A stretch of 64,000 bases of DNA from the NCBI GenBank assembly GCA_016182095.1, contig JACOXY010000010.1, forward strand, positions 334-64,333. The letters are read 5' to 3'. This DNA comes from Candidatus Liptonbacteria bacterium (GTDB lineage: Bacteria > Patescibacteriota > Minisyncoccia > UBA6257 > JACOXY01). Position 1 is the stretch's first letter; each line of letters opens with the position of its first letter. Below the pieces are notes generated by a model. That model was not told where the DNA came from. It saw only the letters and a program-made list of their open reading frames with translations, and searched no databases. The position numbers and the translations under genes are program-made. Shown here one piece after another: positions 56,258-64,000 of this stretch.

Positions 56258-56785
56258 ATGCTGCGAATTAATGAATTTCTTCCCAACCCAGCTGGCAAGG
56301 ATACTGCCGGTGAATTTATTGAGCTTTACAATTCGGGGTTCACGCCGATTAATCTCTCGGGGTTTTCTTTACGCGACAAAAGCGGCAAAGTTTTTAAATT
56401 ATCGGGGAGCATAGAGCCGCAAAGCTTCCGGATTTTTTGGCGCAAAGAAACAAAAATATCCTTAAATAATATCAATGAGAAAGTTTTTTTATTTGATAAT
56501 AGTGGCGCCCTGCTCCAGGGCGCGGGATTTTTAGGCGAGGCCAAAGAAGGCGCCAGTTTCTCTTTTGTCGCCCCCGATTTTATCTTTTCAAATACTCCTA
56601 CGCCGGGCGCGCCAAATCAAGCCGGCCCCATCTTCCGATTAACCGAAGAGTCGCGGTTCGCGCAAGCGGGAGATGTTGTGCGCAATAATCTATCCCTTTT
56701 CAATTTTATGTCTGCTATGATTTTTGTCGCTTTGCTATTTGGGCTTGGATCGGTTTATTTGCTTAAGTTTTATTTTGCTAAATGA
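56258..56785 (+). CDS. Lamin-tail-domain (LTD) protein with C-terminal TM anchor.
   Basis: INEFLPNPAGKDTAGEFIELYN...NLSGFSLRD matches the LTD consensus. C-terminal hydrophobic helix. Confidence 0.55.
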   Translation: MLRINEFLPNPAGKDTAGEFIELYNSGFTPINLSGFSLRDKSGKVFKLSGSIEPQSFRIFWRKETKISLNNINEKVFLFDNSGALLQGAGFLGEAKEGASFSFVAPDFIFSNTPTPGAPNQAGPIFRLTEESRFAQAGDVVRNNLSLFNFMSAMIFVALLFGLGSVYLLKFYFAK

Positions 56786-57279
56786 TATATAAAAGCACTT
56801 CTTTGAAAGAGGCGGAAAAGAATGTTGCGGCAATAGCAAGGCAGCTTGTTGATTCCCGTGATAAAGCTTTGGTTTTGGGGCTTACGGGAGAATTGGGCTC
56901 CGGCAAAACTTTTTTCGTGAAAAAATTTCTAAGCTTTTTAGGTGTTAAAGAAAAAGTTGTGAGCCCGACCTTTGTTATAATGAAAGAATACGCGCTCACG
57001 AATAAGTCTAATAAGACCAATAAGTCCGATAAGATTTATAAGACCAATGGAACTTACAAAAAAGCTTATCATGTTGATGTTTACAGACTTGAGGACGAGA
57101 GGAGCGTTTTGCGTCTTGGATTAAAAGAGATTGTGGCAGAAAATGGCAACATAGTATTTATAGAGTGGGCAGAAAAGATAAAGAAATTACTGCCCAGAAG
57201 CACTATTTGGATAAAGTTTATGCATGGCAAAAGAGAGAACGAACGAATATTAAAATATGCGCACCCTTCTTTTAATTGA
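56782..57279 (+). CDS. tsaE: tRNA threonylcarbamoyladenosine biosynthesis ATPase TsaE, with an in-frame 9-nt tandem-repeat insertion.
   Basis: P-loop GELGSGKT and SPTF motif. Insertion TNKSNKTNKSDKIYKTNGT encoded by 5 x AATAAGNCN units (56998-57045). Confidence 0.7.
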   Translation: MIYKSTSLKEAEKNVAAIARQLVDSRDKALVLGLTGELGSGKTFFVKKFLSFLGVKEKVVSPTFVIMKEYALTNKSNKTNKSDKIYKTNGTYKKAYHVDVYRLEDERSVLRLGLKEIVAENGNIVFIEWAEKIKKLLPRSTIWIKFMHGKRENERILKYAHPSFN

Positions 57280-59770
57280 TGCCAATGCCTTAATTCACCG
57301 GGCATTTCACGCGCTACCGCCTTTAACCGCCCCCGACGGCAGGCCGGCTCACGCGATCTACGGACTCTCTAGTATTCTTTTGAAAATTTGGCGTGATGAG
57401 CGGCCCGATTATGTTGCGGCGCTTTTTGATCGGCCGGAACCAACGCTTCGCAAACAGGAATATAAGGAGTATAAAGCGCAGCGGCCAAAAGCAGCTAACG
57501 AGCTTATTGCTCAAATAATTGAGGCCCATCATTTGTTCGCGGCGTTTGGCGTTAAAATATTTGAAGTGCCCGGATATGAAGCCGATGACTTAATCGGAGC
57601 CGCGGCCGAAAAGTTTAAAGATGAGCCTGATTTGAAAATTATAATTTTGACGGGGGATTTAGACGCTCTGCAACTCGTCTATAAAGACAAAATAGTCGTG
57701 AAAACTTTAAAAACAGGCATTAGTAACACAGTTGTCTATGATGAAAAAGCGGTCATCGAAAGATATGGGCTTGCCCCCCAAGAACTCCCCGACTATAAAG
57801 CGCTTGTAGGCGATGCGTCCGATAATATTCCGGGGCTTCCCGGTGTTGGCCCAAAAACTACGACCGCGCTCCTCCAAAAATATCACACAATTGAAAACTT
57901 ATACGAGTCGCTGGACAATGAACCAAAAATCAAAGAAAAATTTGAGACTTATAAAAAAGACGCTGTTTTGTATAAGCGCCTCGCGACCATTAACCGAAAA
58001 GCCCCGCTTGCGGTAGATAATTTAGAAGAACTTAAATCACGCGAATTAAGCCCAAAACTCACGGAATATTTTAAGAGTTTTGGGTTTGGTAGTTTATTAA
58101 AGCGCATTGGCGCTGAAGAAATGGCGACCGCGGCACCTAGAGAAGAGCCGGCAAATCTTTTCTCGCAAAACAAAACAAACAAAGAAGACGGAGTTTTTAT
58201 TTTAAATACAAACGATATTTTGAACCGCAAAAATGATTTAATGACAGATAAAACAAAAATAGGATTTTACCTCAAAGATTTAGTCAAAACAGCGCGCGGC
58301 AAGGACATTGCTATGCCGGGGCCCTACTTTGATTTGGGCGTGGGGTTTTGGCTTCTTGACCCCGATTATAAAAAATACGACCCGGAGTCTGTTTTTTCCG
58401 CCGTAGGCGGATCCGCCTGGGGCGGAAAAAAGTTTTCTAACCACGGTTGGCACAACACAGAAGAAGACCTACAGATCGCATATCAATTTTTGAAGCGCGA
58501 AATAGACAAGCGCGGACTTCAAAAAATTTTTGAAGGAATTGAAATGCCGCTTATTGATATACTGGCCGGAATGGAACGAGCCGGAATAAAAATAAATAAA
58601 ACCGTCCTTCAAAAATTGTTTGCGCGCCTGGAAGAGGAAGCGGGGATACTTAAAGAAAAAATTTATAAAAGTGCCGGCAAAAAACTGAATATTAATTCGC
58701 CCAAACAACTTTCCGAACTATTGTTTGAGGTTTTAAAAATTAGTTCGCCCAAAATAAAACGCACGCCAACCGGGCTTCGCTCAACTGATGAAGAGGCCCT
58801 CTCTTCTCTTCGCGGAAGTCATCCGATTATTGATCTTATTTTACAATATCGCGAGATATTTAAGTTGGAATCTACGTACGTCAAGCCAATTTTAGAGTTT
58901 GTGGCGAGTGATGGGAGACTGCATACCGAGTACATTCAAACCGGAACGGCGACAGGAAGATTAAGTTCAGAGAATCCGAATCTGCAAAATATTCCCGTGG
59001 CCCAAGACACGGGGGGTGGCGATCGGGGGTGGTTGCTTCGCTCTGCCTTTGTCGCGGATACAGGATTCACGTTTGTTGCCTTTGACTACTCACAGATTGA
59101 GCTTAGGGTTTTAGCTTCCGTGGCCGAAGACGAAAAAATGATACAAACTTTTATAGACGGAAAAGATATCCATGCCGCGACTGCCGCGACCGTTTTTCAC
59201 GTTCCGCTTCCGGACGTTACTCCGGAGATGAGGCGTATAGCAAAAACGTTAAATTTTGGCATTATTTACGGAATGGGCGCAACCTCTTTCGCGAGAAATG
59301 CCGGCCTAAAACGAGACGAAGCTAGGCGGTTTATTGAAAATTATTTTCAGGAATTCCAACAAATCAAAAATTGGCAGGAGAAAACCATTCAAGAGGCAAG
59401 AAGCGCCGGGTTTGTAAAAAATGAAAATGGACGGATAAGAAACGTCGCGGCTTTAAGATTGGGCGCGTTTCGCGCCGCAAGCGAAGCCGAGCGGATTACA
59501 ATCAATATGCCCATCCAGAGCTTAGGGGCGGATATTATCAAGCTCGCCATGATTAATACGGCGGCTATCATAAAATCAAATTTCAAAAACGGCGAAGTGC
59601 GAATGCTGCTTTCAATTCACGATGAATTGCTGTTTGAGATTCGTGATGATATTATTAAAGAAGCGAGCGAGCTGATTTACGAAACCATGAGTTCGGTTTA
59701 TAAGCTTAAAGTTCCATTGATAGTGAATATGAAAAGCGGGAAAAATTGGGGGGATTTAAAGGAATTATAG
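57257..59770 (+). CDS. polA: DNA polymerase I (5'-3' exonuclease + polymerase domains).
   Basis: 5'-nuclease motifs (LLIDANALIHRAFHA, GYEADDLIG). Pol A motifs (DYSQIELR, RRIAKTLNFGIIYG, HDELLFE). Confidence 0.9.
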   Translation: MRTLLLIDANALIHRAFHALPPLTAPDGRPAHAIYGLSSILLKIWRDERPDYVAALFDRPEPTLRKQEYKEYKAQRPKAANELIAQIIEAHHLFAAFGVKIFEVPGYEADDLIGAAAEKFKDEPDLKIIILTGDLDALQLVYKDKIVVKTLKTGISNTVVYDEKAVIERYGLAPQELPDYKALVGDASDNIPGLPGVGPKTTTALLQKYHTIENLYESLDNEPKIKEKFETYKKDAVLYKRLATINRKAPLAVDNLEELKSRELSPKLTEYFKSFGFGSLLKRIGAEEMATAAPREEPANLFSQNKTNKEDGVFILNTNDILNRKNDLMTDKTKIGFYLKDLVKTARGKDIAMPGPYFDLGVGFWLLDPDYKKYDPESVFSAVGGSAWGGKKFSNHGWHNTEEDLQIAYQFLKREIDKRGLQKIFEGIEMPLIDILAGMERAGIKINKTVLQKLFARLEEEAGILKEKIYKSAGKKLNINSPKQLSELLFEVLKISSPKIKRTPTGLRSTDEEALSSLRGSHPIIDLILQYREIFKLESTYVKPILEFVASDGRLHTEYIQTGTATGRLSSENPNLQNIPVAQDTGGGDRGWLLRSAFVADTGFTFVAFDYSQIELRVLASVAEDEKMIQTFIDGKDIHAATAATVFHVPLPDVTPEMRRIAKTLNFGIIYGMGATSFARNAGLKRDEARRFIENYFQEFQQIKNWQEKTIQEARSAGFVKNENGRIRNVAALRLGAFRAASEAERITINMPIQSLGADIIKLAMINTAAIIKSNFKNGEVRMLLSIHDELLFEIRDDIIKEASELIYETMSSVYKLKVPLIVNMKSGKNWGDLKEL

Positions 59771-59774
59771 ACGT

Positions 59775-59815
59775 TGCAATCGTTCTAAACGTTAGAACGT
59801 TAGAACGTTAGAACG
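59775..59815 (+). promoter_or_regulatory. Three tandem GTTAGAACG repeats (AACG-family) abutting a GCTATAATG -10 element upstream of the histidine-kinase gene.
   Basis: atcgttctaaacgttagaacgttagaacgttagaacgctataatg read directly. Confidence 0.5.
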
Positions 59816-59831
59816 CTATAATGTTTCCGCG

Positions 59832-61160
59832 TTGTTTAAGCGTTTTTTAAAAAACATAAAACTCTATTCTGCTTTGCCGGAGATGAGATTGTTTTGGATA
59901 TTTTTACCCATTGCATTGGTTATTTTGGTTATAAATTTTTTGAATCTTGCCCCAGCGCTTTTTTACGCGACTGCAAGCCTTATTGCTGTTTTAGGAATTG
60001 CGGTTTTATTTGCGAGCTTAAAACTTGCCTCCTCCAACCTGGAGGTAAAAGTTGAAAGGAATGAAATGAAGAGCATTATTCAAAATCTTCGCGATGGCAT
60101 TATAGCTTACGACACGGACTTTCGGGTTTTGGTATTTAATAGGGCTGCCGAAGAGATTTTTAGCATACCGGCTCACGAAATTATAGGCAGCATCATCTCG
60201 CTGGATTACGCCGGCAAACTTCAATCCAAAATGCTGACGCAGTCAATGTTTCCATCGCTTGCCGAATCAAGCACGAATCGCACCGAAATATCTTCCAATA
60301 TCCAAGTGGTTGACGTTTCATTTGATAACCCGGAAGTGGAGCTGCGCATTACAACCGCGAAGATCGTTGATCCGGGTGGCAGCCTATTGGGATTTGTGAA
60401 AATAATTCATGACAGAACCAGAGAAGCCGCCATCTTAAAATCTAAGAGCGCTTTTATTACCATCGCGGCTCACCAGTTAAGAACTCCGGTGAATGCTATC
60501 CAGTGGACGTTGGAAACCCTTGAAAAAGAGGATGGCTTAAGCGCCGAAGGCAAGCTTTTTATTGCTAATGGCGCGAAGGCGGCCACGAATCTTTCCCAAA
60601 TCGTCAATGGCCTTTTGGATGTGGCAAAGATCGAAGAGGGGCGCTTTGGTTATAAATTTGAAGAGCTTGATCTAATCGGCCTGATAGAAGAGACTCTGAA
60701 GAATGTAGCACTCACTGCTAAGGGGTACGGTATTAACATATATTTTAATAAGCCGAAAGACGAATCAATCAATGTAGTCGCGGACAGAGAGCGGCTCATG
60801 CTCGCCATTACCAATGTTCTTGATAACGCCATAAAATATAACGTTAAAAATGGCAGCGTTACACTGGGGGTCGCGAAACTTCCCGACTCTACGTTTGTGG
60901 AGATAAAAATAGAAGATACTGGCATAGGAATCCCCGAGGGAAACTTAAGCAAATTATTCACAAAATTTTTCCGAGGAGAAAATGTTTTAAAAATTCAAAC
61001 CGAGGGCTCCGGCTTGGGGCTATATATTACGAAAAATATTATTAAAAGACACGGCGGAGACATCAGGGTGGAATCCGAATTGAATCGTGGTACTATATTT
61101 TATTTCACCCTGCCGCTAGATCCCAATTTAATACCGAAAAAAGAGACAGTATTTGAGTAG
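59832..61160 (+). CDS. Membrane sensor histidine kinase (PAS-like + HisKA + HATPase_c).
   Basis: Two TM helices, H-box AHQLRTPVNAI, N-box LDNAIKYN, G-boxes DTGIGI / GSGLGLYITK. Confidence 0.8.
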   Translation: MFKRFLKNIKLYSALPEMRLFWIFLPIALVILVINFLNLAPALFYATASLIAVLGIAVLFASLKLASSNLEVKVERNEMKSIIQNLRDGIIAYDTDFRVLVFNRAAEEIFSIPAHEIIGSIISLDYAGKLQSKMLTQSMFPSLAESSTNRTEISSNIQVVDVSFDNPEVELRITTAKIVDPGGSLLGFVKIIHDRTREAAILKSKSAFITIAAHQLRTPVNAIQWTLETLEKEDGLSAEGKLFIANGAKAATNLSQIVNGLLDVAKIEEGRFGYKFEELDLIGLIEETLKNVALTAKGYGINIYFNKPKDESINVVADRERLMLAITNVLDNAIKYNVKNGSVTLGVAKLPDSTFVEIKIEDTGIGIPEGNLSKLFTKFFRGENVLKIQTEGSGLGLYITKNIIKRHGGDIRVESELNRGTIFYFTLPLDPNLIPKKETVFE

Positions 61161-61161
61161 G

Positions 61162-61278
61162 GTGTGGGGTAGGGTGAGTGGCCTGCCTGCGCAGGCAGAG
61201 GGTATAGTAAAAACCCCAAACCTCATTCGATCCTGAGGCTCTCAGAGCCGATGGCCTAAACCCCAAACCCTAAACCCC
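61162..61278. repeat. Telomere-like G-rich / C-rich repeat block (GGGTGTGGGGTAGGG ... CCCCAAACC ... CTAAACCCCAAACCCTAAACCCC) containing the 16-bp palindrome CTGCCTGCGCAGGCAG.
   Basis: Read directly. A related palindrome recurs at 62132-62145 on the other side of holA. Confidence 0.5.
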
Positions 61279-62091
61279 ATGATCATTACCCTCTACGGCC
61301 CCGATTCTTACCGGCGCAAAATAAAACTTGACTCTCTTGTTTCGGAATATCTGCAAAAACGCCAGTCTATGGCTTATGGGTTATTTGATTTAGCCGGTGA
61401 TGATTTAAGTTCTGGCGACGAGGAAGGCAACTTTCAAAAATTTGCAGAATTTTTAAAAACACCGAGTTTATTCCAGTCAGCAAAGCTTGCGGTGCTTAAA
61501 AACCCCTTTTCTTTTGAAAATCAAGCTAAATTAAAAAAAATTATGAAAGAGCTTATTTTGAGAGACGTTAATTTGATAATTTCCGACTCAACAAGGTCAA
61601 TAAAAAAAGAATTTGATTTTTTGAAAGAAAAACCAAACGTAAGCCAAATCTTTGATAAACTTTCTGGCCCGGAGCTTGCCCATTTTATAAAGGAAGCGGC
61701 GAAGGAAAAAGAAGTGGTGCTTCAGGATGGGGCGGTAAAATTTTTAGCCGCGGCCTTGCCAAGTGATAGCTGGGGGATAGTTAATGAACTTGCGAAGCTG
61801 AAATTTACCGGGATAAAAAAACCGATTGATGTAGCCGTTTTGAAAGCCGCTGGCCTTGTCCCAGAGGAAGATTTTTTTTCAATGGTTTCGGGCTGGTTAA
61901 GCAGGCCGATCCACAGCCGGCTTTTTTCTCTGGAGAAAATTTTTTATTTAAAAGAAGAAACGCCAAAAATTTTCAATATTCTGGCTTATCAGGACATTTC
62001 TAAATTGCGCAATTTTGCCGATTATGATGTCGCGATAAAATCCGGCAAATTGGATTATGATGAAGTGTTGTTGGATTTGGCTCTGCGCTAG
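61279..62091 (+). CDS. holA: DNA polymerase III delta subunit.
   Basis: IITLYGPDSYRRK start and delta-subunit pattern. 270 aa. Confidence 0.6.
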   Translation: MIITLYGPDSYRRKIKLDSLVSEYLQKRQSMAYGLFDLAGDDLSSGDEEGNFQKFAEFLKTPSLFQSAKLAVLKNPFSFENQAKLKKIMKELILRDVNLIISDSTRSIKKEFDFLKEKPNVSQIFDKLSGPELAHFIKEAAKEKEVVLQDGAVKFLAAALPSDSWGIVNELAKLKFTGIKKPIDVAVLKAAGLVPEEDFFSMVSGWLSRPIHSRLFSLEKIFYLKEETPKIFNILAYQDISKLRNFADYDVAIKSGKLDYDEVLLDLALR

Positions 62092-62211
62092 GAGCCTCCT
62101 CAATGTATTCTCCGAATACAATTTCGTCGCCTGCCTGCGCAGGCAAGTCATGCCTTGAAATCATCTTATTTTTTGGCTTCTAAATTTGATTTATGTTCGT
62201 ATCTCACACTC

Positions 62212-62478
62212 CTAACTCGTCTTGCGGTTCAGCATTTTGCTTAGCCGTGATTTCAGCCGGCTGGCTTTTCCTTTCTTAATAACATTGGTTTTGGCGGCCT
62301 TGTCCAAACTCTTAAAGACTTTTGACAGTGTCTGGATTGCGTCATTAATCTTCCCGGCCTCCAAAAACTTTTTATAATCCTTCAGGATTTTTTTATAAGT
62401 CTCTTTAACTACAAGGTTTTTTGCGCGCCTTTTAATGTTTTGCCTTAGCGCTTTTTTTGCTGAAGATGTTATTGGCAT
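62212..62478 (-). CDS. rpsT: 30S ribosomal protein S20 (true start MPITSSAKKA, internal to the track ORF).
   Basis: SAKKALRQNIKRRAKNLVVKETYKK is a typical S20 N-terminus. Confidence 0.8.
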   Translation of the reverse strand: MPITSSAKKALRQNIKRRAKNLVVKETYKKILKDYKKFLEAGKINDAIQTLSKVFKSLDKAAKTNVIKKGKASRLKSRLSKMLNRKTS

Positions 62479-63000
62479 GATAGGAAAATAAAAATTAATC
62501 CATTCGGCCAGCTCAGGATTAATGCTGAGCCATGCCGAAACATTAAATATCAAAAATCAAATATATAGTACTATAGATTTTTAAAAAAATCAAGGCATCC
62601 TTTCGGATGCCCGCGCCAACCCTTAAAAGAGCGGCGCTCTCTGCAGAACCTCAAGTGTTATTGAGGCAGCAGTGAAAAGACGCAGAAGAAAACTCTCCAT
62701 GGCGGCGAATACCGCTCCCATGAGGAGTTTCAGCACGATTATCACCGCGGCAAGACGTATGGCGATGATCATATATACAGGAGCGTTTGTTTCAGAGTTC
62801 GACGCGCTCCCGACACTATCGTGCCGTCATCTCCTGCTTTAGAAGGGCAAAATTCCCCTTTTAGCTTCTCAGGCTGATTTATGTTCGTATCTCACACTCC
62901 TAAAGCAGGAGACGGCAAGCTCTCATTTTGTAATTATACCATATTAAAATAAATTTGTCAAAGACTATAAGAGCTGTCAGCAAAGAGTTATAATAAAAAA

Positions 63001-63573
63001 ATGATCCACTTCTTAAGCGGAAATTTGGCGCTAAAAGGCAAAAATTTCGTTGTAATAGAAACGCATGGCGTTGGTTACAAAATTTTTGTTAGCGACGCAA
63101 TGATGGAGCACTTGCAAACTGGCGTTGAGACTAAATTATTCTGCTATTTTTACATGAAGGAAGACGGAATCAGTCTTTATGGATTTTTGAATAGTGAAGA
63201 CCTGGAGCTTTTTGAAATGTTAAATTCGGTTTCCGGAGTGGGCCCCAAGACTGCATTGGGTATTATGAATCTTACCGCCACACCCAATCTTCTCGCGGCA
63301 ATTAAAGAGGGGCGCGTTCTGCTTCTCACCAAAGCTTCCGGCATTGGGCGGAAAACCGCGGAAAGATTAATTCTTGAGCTGAAAGAAAAAATCAAAAGCC
63401 ACGAATCAAAAGATCTGATAGGCGCGATGGAGTCTGACGCTGATGTTTTGGGCGCGCTTATTAATCTTGGCTATGGGAGGAGCGAGGCAAAAGAGGCGCT
63501 AAGGAAAATTGATCCGGCTATTCTCGGTATCCCGGCGCGCCTTAAAGAAGCCCTAAAACTCTTGAAAAGGTAG
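63001..63573 (+). CDS. ruvA: Holliday junction DNA helicase RuvA.
   Basis: MIHFLSGNL..KGKNFVVIETHGVGYKIFVS OB-fold start, HhH motifs (VSGVGPKTALGIM, ASGIGRKTAERLI). Confidence 0.85.
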   Translation: MIHFLSGNLALKGKNFVVIETHGVGYKIFVSDAMMEHLQTGVETKLFCYFYMKEDGISLYGFLNSEDLELFEMLNSVSGVGPKTALGIMNLTATPNLLAAIKEGRVLLLTKASGIGRKTAERLILELKEKIKSHESKDLIGAMESDADVLGALINLGYGRSEAKEALRKIDPAILGIPARLKEALKLLKR

Positions 63574-63611
63574 TATAATTATTACAGTCAAAGTTAAAGG
63601 AGTGTGCGTCT

Positions 63612-63974
63612 ATGCTTGCCCTATTTGCGGCGCATCCTCTTCTTATTATATTTTTCCCGCTTCTCATTTTTGTCGCCGCGCTTATTTATATTTTTGTTCC
63701 GCGCCATGAAGGGAGATTTATAATTATTGAAAATAAAAGCTATAAAAGAGCCGGTAAATTTCTAGTTCACGGCGCTTACCAGTGTGGTAATATTTTGTAC
63801 GTTTCAGATTCAAAACTCGGCATAGACGGATGTTTGGTGGAGCTAATTGATGAGGGGGGCCATAAGGAGACCTATTGGTTTAAGAAACCTCCGGAGGCGA
63901 TGAGAAATAGAATGATAGGGATTAATATCGGCAGCTTTGAAATAAAGCCGGAAGATATCAAAGCGGACTTCTAA
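63612..63974 (+). CDS. Hypothetical membrane-anchored protein (120 aa).
   Basis: N-terminal TM. No domain recognised. Confidence 0.3.
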   Translation: MLALFAAHPLLIIFFPLLIFVAALIYIFVPRHEGRFIIIENKSYKRAGKFLVHGAYQCGNILYVSDSKLGIDGCLVELIDEGGHKETYWFKKPPEAMRNRMIGINIGSFEIKPEDIKADF

Positions 63975-64000
63975 TGGAGCCGCTTTTTTAGACCGATTCT

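Overview
The window is AT-rich (about 40% GC) and densely coded. It looks like part of a small, reduced bacterial genome with Candidate Phyla Radiation / Patescibacteria-like traits: two 'four-helix-bundle / 23S-IVS' proteins, a short YebC, a single Xer recombinase and an MBL hydrolase. It spans the replication origin neighbourhood (rpmH-rnpA-yidC-jag on the minus strand, then dnaA-dnaN on the plus strand with DnaA boxes). Core genes I recognise are gyrA (interrupted by two inteins), rpsA-like S1 protein, rpsO, pnp, uvrD/pcrA, ksgA, comM/yifB, a PBP1A, ruvC, yebC, a GspE/PilB ATPase, ruvB, tsaE, polA, a histidine kinase, holA, rpsT and ruvA.

The accessory content has five parts. (1) An array of four VirB2/TrbC-like pilin paralogs behind a solute-binding protein at 10.8-13.5 kb, carrying heptamer and poly-G tracts that look phase-variable. 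(2) A 12 kb locus at 31.0-43.1 kb encoding a minimal T4SS-like apparatus: VirB6/TrbL-like, a PrgI/VirB3-like protein, a VirB4 ATPase split into two ORFs, a fifth pilin with a Cys-rich tail, secreted and Pro-rich proteins and a beta-propeller. It has no VirD4 or relaxase and sits next to oriC behind a DnaA-box promoter. (3) Two ~60% GC islands: phage-like structural genes at the 5' edge, and a membrane-protein gene just downstream of tRNA-Leu(TAG) with an Xer-type recombinase about 1.7 kb away. (4) At least six families of short interspersed repeats or MITE-like elements, including telomere-like G-rich repeats that flank genes and even sit in-frame inside ksgA. (5) One strongly structured non-coding region between pilB and ruvB. 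Hand-counted coordinates may be off by 1-2 nt.
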